A stretch of DNA of 64,000 nt from Owenia fusiformis (Eukaryota): the NCBI GenBank assembly GCA_903813345.2, contig CAIIXF020000001.1, positions 27,962,001 through 28,026,000 on the forward strand, read 5' to 3'. Shown here piece after piece: positions 13,635-27,401 of the stretch. Below the pieces are notes generated by a model, which worked only from the letters and a program-made list of their open reading frames with translations, did not search any database and had not been told where the DNA came from. The number at the start of each line of letters is the position of its first letter. The first letter of the stretch is position 1. Made by a program: the position numbers and the translations under genes.

Positions 13635-13939
13635 CTGTACTCCCGATATTTTTCGCGTGCAATTTAGTTTCGTGCTTTTCGCGATTGTGTAAAAATCACG
13701 AAAATTAATAGTCGCGAATATCGCCAATTAAAGGCTGAGGTGCAACATGCCATTGACTAAGATCTAGAGATTGTAAATCTTATCCAAAGTATATGATATT
13801 GGGTAGGTGTAATACTGTAGATAAGATAAATTAATTTTGAGGATTCAGAGAATAATGGAAGTTAAACCTTTGATATCCGCAAAATTTAATGGCCGCAAAA
13901 TTCATGAAATTTAAACTCGCAAATTAACCGGTAGTACAG
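13635..13939. mobile_element. Tc1/mariner (pogo/Tc2-type) MITE
   Basis: TA|CTGTAC...GTACAG|TA with degenerate inverted subterminal motifs. Confidence 0.55.
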
Positions 13940-16900
13940 TATTTGCATGTGGAATAATTATGATATTGAGAGCATTGATGAAACAAATGCAATGAACTGA
14001 TTTGATTGGCCAAGGGAGCATTGGAATTTTGACCTGAAGTTCACATGATTGTTGCTATAGGCCTTATGATTTTTTGGAATTCCAGTAATACTATTAATGT
14101 CTATTATACTTATACAGTAAAACCTGTCTTATCCAAATGCCACCGCTACAAATTAAAAACATTCAGATTTAAACGTCTGATTTCGAGGTTTTTGCATCCG
14201 AAAGATTCTTGATTTTGAAAAAATATTAATGCATTTTCACTTAATATTACTAGCATTGTAGGCGTTATGATTTTTTTGGAATTACAGTAATACTATTATA
14301 CTTATACAGTAATATCTGTCTAATACTTATACAGTAATATCTGTCTAATCCAAATGCCACCATGACCAGTTAAAACACCATGACCAGTTAAAAAAAACAT
14401 TCAGATGTGGAGGTGATCGGATTTCGAGGATTTTGCATTCGCAAGATTCTGCATTTTAAAAATATATATGCATTTTCACTAAAAAGTATTAAGATTACTT
14501 TTGACCGCATAGCTTTATGACATTCCAAAATCCAAATCGAATGCTTGAAAGGTAAAACAGAAGTGTGCAATCAGAGATGATAGATACTATTGCATGAGTA
14601 TATGAAGGCCATGTGTCAACTCTTCGATTGATAATACGCCTCGAAATAAACACCCACTGGCTTGGGAAAGCTATTTTCCCTCTTAATAAATGCCTGTCCC
14701 CTTGGAAAAATGTTTTCAATTTCCCTCTTAGTCTTAATAAAAGCCAATGGCATTTATTTTGAGTTCTTTCTAATAAAGGCCCTGTGCAAAATAAATGCTC
14801 AGTGGGCCTATATGTTCGTTGAATTTAAAATTTCCCCTTCTACTCAATTTTTATAAATGTTTTATGCATCAGTATGTTGCATTTGGAGACACAAAAAAAC
14901 TCTTAAAAGGAAAATATTTTCTCTTTAGTATGTTAACTTTGTCTACAAATGCAACATATTAATGTGAAAACATTATAAAAAAAATGGAAGGAACTGAAAA
15001 TCAGGAAAACATTTTTGAAAAAAATGTTGATGGGGTCTTTGCACCTTCCCTGTCTCAATCTCCAATTTTTTTTATCATCTGTATGAGTACTTTTCCTTTA
15101 GATAATGCATTGGCCTAACATACACACCTTACATTTTCAGAAAATTTCTGCAGTTCAACATATGACCGTCTTAATTCTGTTGCGAAACCTTAGTATTCTT
15201 TCAAGAAATTTCCTGCTTACATGAAAGTCTTTTACATTCTGTTTTTTTTTAATGTAACATAATGGCTGATACCAATATTGTTCAAAGTTGTATATGTTTA
15301 CACTATGGAACTAATCATTCTTTGAATTGAGTTCGATTCCTGAACAACTGTATATTTGACTAAACATTCCTTGGATTTGATTTGGTTTGATGAAGAGAAA
15401 TCTTGACTGACAAAAATGCAGCTGATAACTAACAGATTTTCCCAAACAGAAAATATAAAAAAAAATTAAAGTGAGCACTTGATTTCAATAGTTTAGTTTC
15501 ACCTATGCTTTTGAAGCAGGTGATATAGCTGATAGGTGTCATGTAAAGGCTTTAAGTACATGGTATAGCAATAATTTTAAAGGTAAGAAGGTACTGTTTC
15601 ATACATATTTCTTGGTTTTAAAAACATTTAATCAAATAAGCTGGAAATTTTTTTTGAGAAATGATATGATGGTGAAAGAAATAGATACAAAATTATAAAA
15701 AATTTATAATTTGCGAAAATTGATATCCGCAAAATTTCAAAATTGCAAAATTGTGAAAGATAACAGCATCAAATATTAGTGGCAGTACAGTATTTGCATG
15801 TGAAATAATTATGATATATTAATATAATAATATAATAATTGATGAAACAATTGCAATGAACTGTTTTGATTAGCCAAGGCCAGAGCATTGGAATTGGAAC
15901 TAAAGTTGAGTATAATGTTATTGTATAAATTAAAAAAATAATTATAGAGACTTCTTACAAAGTTGATACTTCATTTCAAATAGCTGAGAATATTTCCCAA
16001 AATAGATTGACTAGGCCTTCAGATTTTTTTGAATTTCAGTATTACTATTACTCATACAGTAAAACCTGTCTAATCCAAATGCCACCGTGCAGTTAAAAAC
16101 ATTCAGATTGGGAGGTGTTCGTTATCACAATAGATTATAATTATATCATTGATAATTTAGAGTTTATTCAAAGATGACAGCAGCATTCTCAGAACCTAAC
16201 AATCAGAATCTCATTAATCTTTTGTTCACGTTAGTTATTTAAACTTTATATTCATATATAGATGGCAGTTCTTAAATATATGATAGACACCAATAATTCA
16301 ACATCATAATTTAACCTTTTCCATTAAATATACCCTGTATCAAGCACAGAAACGTATTTACACCCTTTACTAAAATGGCAACCCCTGTATCACGCACTTG
16401 TTTTATTAAATAAAAGAAGTGCTTGAAGCGCTTGTTCTAAACATTATTTTGTTAAACATATATGTAAATAAATATAATTACAACATTAGATCTGACACTT
16501 GTTCCAAACACTCATAAACATACAATATTTTGAAAATTGATTATGAATATGTGGAATAAACATAATATGTCTCTTCACTCGAACATCCTGAATCTGTGAC
16601 CAATATAAAATAATAGTCAATATAAATTGACACTCAGCTCAAAATGTCACAAAATTAAATCAATTTCTTCCGAAAATTCTTCTTCAAACTTTAAACTATT
16701 CTGAACAGTATGTTACAATTATAATATGTATATTCACATTCCCAGTCCAACGCTTGATTCAAAACAAAATATATACTTGGGTACGAGTTGTCTTGGGTAC
16801 GAGTTGACCAGTTACCAAGGTCTGTCGTCCAATCTATCTTGATTATAATTTTTTTGTTTCATAGAGTAGTCATATTTTAATTTGAGGTTGTACTGATCTA

Positions 16901-17321
16901 CATAACATGAATGATATATTAAAAACATCACTGTGTCTTGTGTAGGTTTTGTGTCTTGAATTTCAGCGTGACATGCACCTCGGATCCAAATACATAAAGA
17001 CATTCATGATATACAACCCCGGGTATACAACATTCAAAATATACAAGGATCACTCCATAACAATTTCTATCCCATGGATTCTCAATATATATGGAGAAAA
17101 CAACACAATATAATTTTGGTATGCACCACTAAAATCGTATCCCACTGATATCATACAAATATTTAATTCTACTAAGGTGAATATCTGCGTGTACCTGATA
17201 TTCCACGAAGCCCAAGTTTTCCATACACACAATCAGAAATGCTACACTTTATATATAAACTTTCATCTGGATAAAAATTGAACATCTTTGAGTCACTCCG
17301 AGCGCTGGTGTGCAGATGACA

Positions 17322-17470
17322 GCACTGGCAGATCCAGGGGGAGGGGGGTGGGCCCAGAAATACATTTAGGGCCTCAGAAAATGGGCCTTGTGTACATAAA
17401 ATGGGGCTTAATTTTTTGCTGCCTCAAAATTTGCCCCCCCCCCTTCTTGTTAGATTCTGGATCCACCAGT
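17322..17470. mobile_element. hAT-like MITE (copy ~28940-29097; partial 612-670)
   Basis: CACTGGCAGATCCAG/CTGGATCCACCAGT inverted ends; TGACAG direct repeat on both flanks. Confidence 0.6.
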
Positions 17471-18043
17471 TGACAGGATGAAGCTTTCTTTGAAGAAGCT
17501 AGGTTAAGCGAATAACGCAGATGGGAGTAGGTCGTTACCAGTTTCACCACCAGGTGGCTCGTTCGGGTCAGATAGCATGGCGGGTATAGTAGAAAGTTCC
17601 CTTTAACATAAATTATATCTGTTTTAGTGGTTCAATTTTCATATAACCCTTATGTATCTCATAGTTATGCAAATCATAATATGTCCAGTAAAAGAAAATG
17701 TTATCTGACCAAGACAAGAAAAGATATTTCACTTTTTGTGATTTTGTAATATGGGCTCTTTGGAGAATCAACCCGAACTAGAAGTCACATTTTCAAAAAT
17801 AATTAAATTTTCAAACTTGATAAACAATTTTCAAAACCATATTTCGAGATTAACTTTTACATGTAGATTTCAAATATGACATCACTTTGACTGGATTTTG
17901 AATATTTAATGACATAAATCAAGATTATTTCTATTGCATCTAGTCTATTCAAAGGGTATCTTTGAGTATCTAATACAACCTGGTCTCTTTGATCACATCA
18001 TTGACCAATCAGAATACATTATAGAAATACCCTCATTAAAGCT

Positions 18044-18410
18044 CAGAGGGGGAGAAACACCAGGGTTCAAAGATGACATACGCTTATAATGTAAATCTGT
18101 ATTGAGATGACATCGTCGCTGATTGGTCAAAAGTCGACAAACAAATGACGTCATCAATGGCGGTTTCAAAATTTTCAAAATATGCTTCGAATAATATTAC
18201 CTTCATTTCTGGCGTGTTAACCAATATCATAGCTTCTCATTTCACATCAAGATAAAAAAAGGGGTACGGAATATGCCTATATCAATTAAAACATCCAATC
18301 AAAGTGTAGTATTTGATAACTAGCCGATGAAAATTCGAATGAACGAAGGTGGTAAGCAAGAGAGGTAATTATGTCTGTCATCTTTAAACTCTGGGGCTTT
18401 CCCTCCTCTT
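18044..18410. mobile_element. MITE with 9-bp TSD (copy 29671-30038)
   Basis: ~34-bp imperfect TIR; TSD ATTAAAGCT; empty site at 1929-1937 and 2048-2056. Confidence 0.75.
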
Positions 18411-19348
18411 ATTACAGCTTAATATAACCAGATTAAAAATAGATACAAATGCATTTCTGAATAAATTGTATATATATTTACTTATTTTATATATATTTAA
18501 TAAATATAGTGTATACCTTGTAATTGCACAAAGTGACAATGGACCCTCTTCATATAAGTGATGTGTAAAGTATTAGAGATTCAAATTATATAAGGGCTCA
18601 GGCCCGTAGCCGGGGGGGGGAGGGATTCGCAGGATTCGGGCGAACCCCCCCCCCCCCCCCTGGCCAACATTTTGAGCACTTCTCTAGTGATTTTAGCCAT
18701 ATTTGGGCCAAAATTGTCAAATGTGAACCCCCCTGGAAATTTTTGAAAACTGAACCCCCCCTTGGCAAATCCTGGCTACGGGCCTGGGGCTGTTCCATTT
18801 AAATGGTAGAGTGGTCATAAATATATAAGAACATTAAGGAGGTGGTAAAGATCAATGTGACATGAATGTGGGGGATGTAAAATAGAAAGTGATTGTGGGG
18901 AGTATCAACATTTAACATTTGAATCACAAAAAAACTTTCAAAATTTTAACCTTTAGGTCTGCCCATTCTGACATTTTTTAATGAAATAGCCCAAACTCCA
19001 AAAACTGAATTATATAATATTGATATAAGCCTACACTGTGTATGTTGTAAATAATTGCACATTCCCAGTATGATGTATGTGTCTGACCATTACATTTGAA
19101 AAATAACCTCTATATAGTAATGACTGTACATTGAAAATTAATACTTTATAATAGCATTCAAATAATAATATTCATTATCCAAACATAAACCCATGTCAAA
19201 TGGTCGGATAGATATACATATTTTTTTTCTTGAGATGAATTCTATTTCTATGTTCTCCTATTATGTAATAGACCATTGTGTATGATTTGTGCTACCATCT
19301 ACTAATGCAATACCCATCAACCAAGATTATCCAAATACTGTATTTTAA

Positions 19349-19635
19349 CCTCTTGAATACCCAGAATGAAGGATATATCTGTCACAAATAAAATCCATTT
19401 GGAACCCAGAGCGACAGATATATCTGTCACAGAATTTTTCACTAAAACTGCTCTAACTTTGGCATTTTTTATCCAATCTTCACAACTAATGTTTTAGAAT
19501 GTATGTAATGGGTCTATGTTTACTCTTCTTATAAAATCAAATATCAAACATAGTGTTTGTAAATATCCAGAAAACTAGCAGAAAATGAAAAATGCTCTGG
19601 TTTCAAACCCTTTTTAGAGGCTGGTATTCAAGAGG
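19349..19635. mobile_element. piggyBac-like MITE
   Basis: TTAA|CCTCTTGAATACC...GGTATTCAAGAGG|TTAA; empty in the other two units (~2951, ~30986). Confidence 0.88.
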
Positions 19636-19865
19636 TTAAAATACTGTACTGTTATATTGGGCTACCCATATCTTGGCAAGTAAAATGCAAAAGAAAAAAT
19701 TAACTTATATACTTTAGACACAGCAATTCATATAATACTACACTAATATATGGCACTACTGTACCCAGGTAAATATGGTATAGACTTAGACACTCTTTAA
19801 ACAAGACAATTTTGTATGCAAAAGTGTTAATTCAATTCTAATTCAATTGTCATTTGACTACTACA

Positions 19866-21724
19866 CGGTGTCGATACTACCCAACGTAAATCGTTCCGGA
19901 CTTGTTTTTCATAACCATTTGGACTTGATTTCGTAGGAGAATGAGATGAGACATTTATCAGAATGGCTCAAAAAGGTAATATAATTGATTCGTTTAGAAA
20001 AATACATACACTAACTTCTACCTGAAACATTCTTTTTCATTCCCACATATCTATTTTGGCGATCGTGCCACCATAGTTCATATTTATCGGCATTAAATAA
20101 CAAAAATGCCAGAAATATGCTCTAAATCTGCATTAGTGTCATTTAACTATGTTTAAACAAAAAATCACTAAATACAACGTGGAACAATATTCACTACATT
20201 AAAGATTGTGTTAATATTTTAACTATCTGTACCTTCAAATTTCCATAAATGACCGTAATGTTAAAGTTGGAGTTAACGACGGCGAATGGTCGTTATTCTG
20301 ACACGGACTTGTCTTATAATCACTAGGTGAACGACTGCGAATTGTACACAACGTGATACAAACAACGATTGGGAATTGTCTTGTAATGGTATTTTCACGT
20401 TTCGTTGCTTGATGAATTGTCTATGCTTCTGGAAAAATTGCACTTAGTATGATTATGTTTTAGAGGAGTTCTGGTACTAAATATTCACACATTTTGTAAT
20501 TTCAGTTCCCAGAAACAAGTGCCACGAATGCACTTTTAAAAGTGCAGATAAAAATATATTCTTTGAACAGTTCAAGAGGGACCACCCCTCCGATTTATTC
20601 AGGCTTGACGTCCCTTTTCGTGATAAAGGCATGTGGCGTTACAAAACACAGGATTATGGATTCCGGATGTGTGATAAATTAGGCTCAAAGCTGTCATTTG
20701 ATGATGGTACCTCGATAAAGGAGGAAGAATACGTTGAACCAAGTCCTCTTCAGATTTTTAACAGTAAATAACGATTAAAACTAATTATTTCTTCTCAACT
20801 TTCACTTAACTTCTTGCTTAGCATTAATATAAGCATGGAAGTCAGTTTAAAGCCAATAAGGGCGTTTTAAAGTCTTATTTGAGGCAAACTTATGCTCACA
20901 TTTTTCATAGGCAAATTAAAAATAGCGACGAGTGAAGTCCTTAAAAAAGCGAAGAGGCAAAACACAAGAAAAAGTAAAAATCAACTTTTCTCTCTACATG
21001 CATTTTTGCCCCTTGAAAGTATCAAGTAAAGAACATGTATCTGTAATGATTCACTAATTCAACCTTGACAAATATCTCTTAATACGTTTAATTAATGATG
21101 ATCATTTAGATAGTATCATTCAGACAACTTCTTCCACTGTCATCATCCACTCAGATGATGATTTGTTGGAAATCTATAAAGTTTATGGAGCTGTTCCACA
21201 CTTAAAAATGGTTCATTGTGTTCTACAAGTCAGAAACGTTCCAATAACACAAGTCAGAAACGTTCCAATAACAAGTCAACGTCATTAACTGGAATATTTA
21301 GGTCAAGTCCAAATCGTTATATCTAAAAAATGATCTTTCGACAATTGCTACTCATTTAAACCATTTTAAATCATGATTTTCGTTCACAATATGGCTACTT
21401 TCATTATGAATCGGTGTATTCATTGGATACAAGGCAGGCAGGTGATTATCAGCAAAGTAGGTGAAAACACTGGCAGAATCGCTCACATCCCGAAATAACA
21501 AGACTATAGCAAACGGTTCGTACAAAAAAGGCGTTTGCGGGTGCCTGAATATAGGGTATATAGTATGGTATGTTATCTAATTGTATTATATTTACATAGA
21601 GTCAAGTGAAAGCAATTTCATAACCAAATTTACAAACCTACCTCTACTTCTTTCCATAAATCAAGTCCCAATGGTTATGAAAAACAAGTCCGGAACGATT
21701 TACGTTGGGTAGTATCGGACACCG
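19866..21724. mobile_element. 1.9 kb non-autonomous TIR element (probably TA-target, Tc1/mariner-like)
   Basis: ~65-bp TIR starting CGGTGTC(C)GATACTACCCAACGTAAATCG; absent at ~31205. Confidence 0.78.
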
Positions 21725-22617
21725 TAGATACTAAATAGTATGGCAAGAACATGCAATACCAAAGGATGTGTCTGGGTTTATGCCCTTTTGGTCCCTCAGT
21801 CAAAAGTATGTGAAATATGGTTTTTATTACTGTCCTAGTTATACTTGATAAGTATATTTATCTTTTCACGAGATTTGATGCATAAATAACCCCCTGCTGA
21901 GAGTCAGAATAAGTATCTTAACAACAAAAAATAGTCATTATGTATAATATATAGCTAGATCTACGAATTAGTCATGAATATTTTAAATAATTTAGCCTGC
22001 TCTGTCCAAATATGATACATCTTTGAATTTTTGAGAATACGAATGTCACTGGTGCCCGTTTATTGGAGAATACGGTTGTGAAACAATCAGTGGGCCATGT
22101 TACACTCGTTTCCATGACATTTCACAAGCGTATCCTCTGGGAAAAGATAAATCCTTCTCTTGCTCACTCTATGGGGGATCATATAAACTGAGATTTGGAG
22201 ATCTTGTTCAGGTTAGCCATAAAAAGGTTTGGGATTTGTTTTTTTTCTACTGTGATATTAATGATTTGGCTCTAAGGCGAGAAATCTGTACTTTCTGATT
22301 GATATTCTATTATGAACAGTTACATTGCTAAAATAGCTCATGTTTAACATTTTTTGTTACATTACTATTAAATACTATCAGTTATCACACGTTTCAGCAT
22401 GTGATACAGGAAATATTCCACGAAAGGTAATACTGTATCATCCACGAAAGCGAAGCTTGAGTGGTGATACATTGTTACCCGAGTGGAATATTTCCTGTAT
22501 CACATAAGCTGAAACGTGTGATGACGATTTTATCACATGTCTAGGAATTTTGAAGCTTTTGATTTGGTCAGTTATGATTGTGTTCATTACCCTGTGTACT
22601 TCTAGTAACTATTATAA

Positions 22618-22987
22618 CATACCTATGATGGTGTATAGTGCAAAGTGTACACAAGACAGCGGGCCAATATAAGTTTTGAAAAGCCCGCGCCCGCTAACTT
22701 TCTGATTGGTCAAGGCGCTGACGTCATAACCAATCAATCGAAGATAAAACTGCGCGAGCAATTTTTCTAAACTCTTTTCAATCATTTTCAAACCATTTGT
22801 TTGTCAATTCTATAAGAAAACGGTACTCTCTGACCAGTCTACATCACGATAGGTATGTTATAAATCGTTTATGTCACTATCGTGGTACATATGCCCTCGG
22901 TTCTCAGAAATCAATGTCCCTCCCAAGGTCGGGCCATATATCACTGAGACCTCGGGCATATATGCCACGATAATGACATAACCTCTA
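22618..22987. mobile_element. Non-TIR insertion with internal hairpin, bounded by ATTATAA direct repeats (Crypton-like), nested in a similar element
   Basis: Absent at ~3310; palindrome ATATGCCCTCGGTTCTCAG...CTGAGACCTCGGGCATAT. Confidence 0.65.
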
Positions 22988-23092
22988 ATTATAATGTTTG
23001 ATTTCGCTTTGAAACAATGTGACGTCATATCGTTGTATTCGTACTTGTTTGTGAAATAGTATGACGTCATATTGTTTTCCTTAGCCAGAAGT

Positions 23093-23280
23093 CAAGGAGG
23101 ATTGGCTCCCAGAATGCAACACCGATATTCTGCAAAACAATCACCTAGCGATAGCTTTGTTGGAGAGTATCGGGTCATTCTCCATGCAGTCGTACAAATT
23201 ATACAGACACGAATAGCAAATGACGCATGCGTGGAGATTAAAGAATATCGAGTTGGAACCCTGGCTTCCAATCCTCCTTG
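23093..23280. mobile_element. 188-bp MITE, 13-bp perfect TIR, 9-bp TSD
   Basis: CAAGGAGGATTGG/CCAATCCTCCTTG; TSD GCCAGAAGT; empty at 3404-3412. Confidence 0.88.
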
Positions 23281-23528
23281 GCCAGAAGTGATATAATCAG
23301 TGACGTCACATCGTTGCTATTGATCATCACTGGTTGCCTCTAGTAACGTGTGAGACGGCCGTGTGAGACGGGAAAACTCACACGGTAATCAACCAATCAG
23401 ATAACTGGAATTTTACAGAGCATGTGATAAAGCATAAACTATTTTCAACAAACACAATTTCAAAAAGGATAATATAGAAGTTAACCTTTATTTTCCATTT
23501 TTAAGCAGCTGTGCCTCTCATGACTTTC

Positions 23529-23603
23529 CATCCTCCTAAGCAGGTGTCCAGAATACCAAGAAAGAAGATATTCTGGATTTTGAAGCCCTGTGATCGGAGG
23601 ATG
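23529..23603 (+). mobile_element. 75-bp mini-MITE
   Basis: CATCCTCC/GGAGGATG termini; TSD ATGACTTTC; empty at 3643-3651. Confidence 0.85.
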
Positions 23604-24938
23604 ATGACTTTCCAAAACAGGTCATATTCGTAGCCTAAGAACCGGTCATGCTCCATACGTGGAAACTCAAGTAGCCATGGATAAATACTATTCTTTTTTC
23701 ATTTTGATGAAAACTCTTGTAAAATGTTGGAATAGATTGTGTTGCCATTTGTTTGCAAGATATGATAAAGTTGCAGCAGTAATGGACAGAGTGAAGGGGG
23801 GAGGGGTGTAAATGCTATAGCCGCAGCGACACATCAAGCAATAATACATGTAATACTCTCCAAAGCAAATAATTTGAAATTGCAGCTGTTTCGCAGCGTA
23901 AACCGCATTCATTCAATATTGGTGATAAGATTGAACAAAAATGTGCTACCTCTAAACAAGCGGTGTGGATATTGATCCGCGGATATCCGAAAAGTGACGA
24001 TATCCTCACCGCTTTATTCGAGGTAGCACATATCCGATAAATGTTTTCAATTTTATTTTAAATTCACAGAGAAAGTTTATGACTTTCAAAATGCAAAAAT
24101 AATTTATATCGATCACCAATACTAGCCAATACTGAATGAAGGCTCTTTGCTATGGAGCAAGGATGAATGGTTAGTTGATTAGTTCGTCGTTAAAGAATGG
24201 ATAATACGACTATAGACAAAATTTCCCTTTTATTAGGTATCCTCTACAAATGGATGACTATAACTGCGTATCCAACATGCCTTTAAGTTTAATAATGCCC
24301 GTTAATATCCGCACCTTGCGCACCCGCAACGCTTGTTTGCGTATAGCACAGTCTGTATAGTGTGCTATTACACGTCAATTTATACAAACGAAAACTTTGA
24401 TAGCGAGATGATTTTTCTTAAATCATCCAAAATGGCCGCAATGGTTGAGCTAATGAGCTTTACATGTAGAATTAATTTAAAGAAGGTGTTGAAGTTCAAG
24501 CTATTGAAGCATTTTTTCTTAAAGTTTGCAGAGAAAATATTTTAGCATTTCATGAATGTATCAAAATTTATCTTTGAAAAGTTAAACTTAAAGTTGTTTT
24601 GATAAAAAAAAGTTGTAGGCTACTATACATAGAGAACAAGCCAGCCAGATGTATGCTAATAATATGGCCCCAACATTATGTTGTGGTTCAGTATGAATTA
24701 GTACTGTCGCATAATGATGGTAAACGAGTAAAAGTTTTAAACAACATGCACAAGTAGACAGGAAGTTTGAATGCTATATTAATGCCTCAATATTTCAGAA
24801 AAGCAATAAAATCAGTAAAACATTTTAAACACACCACATAGTCACATACATTGTGCTTCTCCACAGTTTAATCGTCAACATATGAATATCTGAAAATATA
24901 CTTGGAAGGTTAATCATTGTAAAGAGGCAGATTTCGAC

Positions 24939-25748
24939 ATGAGTTTTCTCCATAAATGTGCAATTATAACGGGCTCCAGTAATGGAATTGGGAAAGCCAC
25001 CGCTCTTCTTCTGGCCTCTAGGGGAGCAAATGTTCTGATACATGGGACAAAACAGGACGCGATCAACTCTGTCGTCCAGCAATGCAAACTGAGAGGGCGT
25101 GAAGGTGCAGTGTTCCCTAGTGTCAAAGGATTGATAGAAAATGAGGAGACATTGGCCAATATTGCCGAAACAGCTTCCAGTGAATTTGGCCAACTTGATG
25201 TTTTGATAAATAATGCCATAAGATCATCATTTCATGATCTTCGAAATGCTCCTATTGCAGATTTAGATGCACACTTTGCAATTATTGTGAAATCAGCAGT
25301 GAGGTTAAGCCAACTTTGCCTCCCTAACCTCACAAAATGCAAAGGCAACATTGTTAATATATCCAGTGTAGAGGCGCTGCGCCCGACAGATTTAAGACAT
25401 TCATTCTATGCTATCAGCAAAGCTGCTTTGAACATGTTCACCCAATGTGCAGCCTTAGAATTCGCAGATGATGGAGTGCGTGTCAATGCAGTTTGTCCAG
25501 GTGCTACACGAACCGAAATACTCGAAAATATGGGGATGACAAATGAAGAAGAGATTAATGAACTTTGGAGTATGTTTGCTAAAATTGTACCAGTTAAACG
25601 TGTTGCTACTGCGGAAGAGATTGCTGGATTTATTGTATATATTGCATCATCCGAGGCAGCCATGATTAACGGTCAGTGTATCGCACATGATGGAGGGCTG
25701 ACCCTTATTGGACTTCAAAAACATGTCATTGAAAAGGCTTCAAAGTGA
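24939..25748 (+). CDS. Classical SDR (FabG-like), intronless, copy 2, 269 aa
   Basis: Same motifs as copy 1 with an intact ORF; differs by 9 substitutions and one inserted Glu. Confidence 0.93.
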   Translation: MSFLHKCAIITGSSNGIGKATALLLASRGANVLIHGTKQDAINSVVQQCKLRGREGAVFPSVKGLIENEETLANIAETASSEFGQLDVLINNAIRSSFHDLRNAPIADLDAHFAIIVKSAVRLSQLCLPNLTKCKGNIVNISSVEALRPTDLRHSFYAISKAALNMFTQCAALEFADDGVRVNAVCPGATRTEILENMGMTNEEEINELWSMFAKIVPVKRVATAEEIAGFIVYIASSEAAMINGQCIAHDGGLTLIGLQKHVIEKASK

Positions 25749-27401
25749 ATACTTTTACAACAAACTATTTTTATTAATCAATGGCACTTTGTGTATTAAA
25801 TATTGATACTTTGACTTTATTAACTGAATTTTGAATTTCACTGGTGATCCACTCGATTACGCTGGTTACCGAAATGGTTCGTTTCGGTAACAAAATGTCG
25901 GAACATCGAAGGTATGATTTTTCTTTTTTCCTTATTTCACACGTTGTAGGCAGACTTCCCACGACATTTTTTATCACAAACGTACCATTATCATGTTTAA
26001 GAAAATGTACATATTTGCGAACAAGTAGTTCAGAAGACAACAGAATCGTCGATTTAATTCCTCTTACATAAACGGTAAGATCTGCACTTTTAACCGAAAG
26101 CGTTTATGTAACTTAATTGAGGAATTAAATCGATGATTTTGTTGTCTTCTGAGCAATTTTTTCGCAAACATGTACATTTTCTAAAACATATGATTTTTTT
26201 TAAATTAATTTATTTACATTGAAACATTTATACAATTTTTAGATAGTATACAATGGTTACATTGGTACTTATACAGGAATACAGAACTTATTGGTTATAG
26301 ATTTTACTATTTCTTATTTTCCAAATTTCAAACTTGTGTTTAAACACTAGCTGGTTTCTATGGCATTTGCTCTCAAAATCTCCATCATTGCTATAAAATA
26401 AAATTTCTTGTTCAGAAAACTTTAAATTTTGAATATTTACATATTCCTTTGCATTCGTACAATTGACAAATAAGTGTTTATGACTTTCTACTTCAACATT
26501 GCATATTTTACAAATTCCATTTGACTTCTGAATTTTTTGTAATTTTTTTCTGTCCATGTAATGTGGCTCCATTAAAACATTTAAATATAAATTCTTTAAC
26601 GTTATTACTAATGTCACATTTAAACAAGATCTTGTAAAAATCTGAGAAATCCGTTTGAGCAAACTGCTCAGACCAATACTCTTCTGATTTGGATTCTGTT
26701 AAACTGTTTTTTACAAACCCTTTTCTTATTGATTGCACATTGATTTTCTGTACAGGAATACCTAAAACATGTGATACTGATACACGTTTGTGAGAAAAAA
26801 CGTCGTGGGGATTCTGCCTACAACGCGTGAAATAAGGAAAAAGAAAATCGTACCTTCGACCGTTCTGACATTTTGTTACCGAAACGAACCAGCGCAATTG
26901 AACGGATCACCACCAGGGATGACTCATAACTCCAAGGTTTTATTTGACGTTTGACTTTTGAATCTAGAGCTAGAGTTACATATGCGGAAACATTCTTTTA
27001 TACGTTATGTGGCTCTTTCATATGAGACTAAATAACATATGGAGTGACTTGAGATGAGACGTGATGAGCACCACGAATCTCAATATATGTGTACACGTAC
27101 TGATCTTAAACTAGTACTGATAATATATAGACAACCTTGACACAATTAATTTACTTTCCAAACAAAACTACTTCTAGAATATGTAAAGATGATTGTACAT
27201 ACATACCAGGTGTACCAGGTATATCGTGGGCGAAGCCAGATTTCAGTCAGGGGGATGCGATTGCCAAACATTTGAAATTTTTATTTTTTTATTTTTTAGA
27301 CCATTTTCCAGCTAGAAATACGTGGGATAAGCGAAGCAAAAAGTTTTTTTTAAAGATCTGTTTTGATTTTTACAAAATTTGATGTAACTTCCTTCACTTA
27401 A

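Larger units (their letters stand above)
11367..16815. mobile_element. 5.4 kb MULE-like element, 9-bp TSD, subterminal 16-bp arrays, no transposase ORF
   Basis: TSD CAAGGTCTG at 11358-11366 and 16816-16824; (GTACCCAAGACAACTS)n inverted at both ends; empty site at 28431. Confidence 0.85.

Noticed and set aside
20500-20800. Possible transposase remnant inside the 19866-21724 element
   Set aside because: Only short open stretches with no recognisable DDE or HTH motif.
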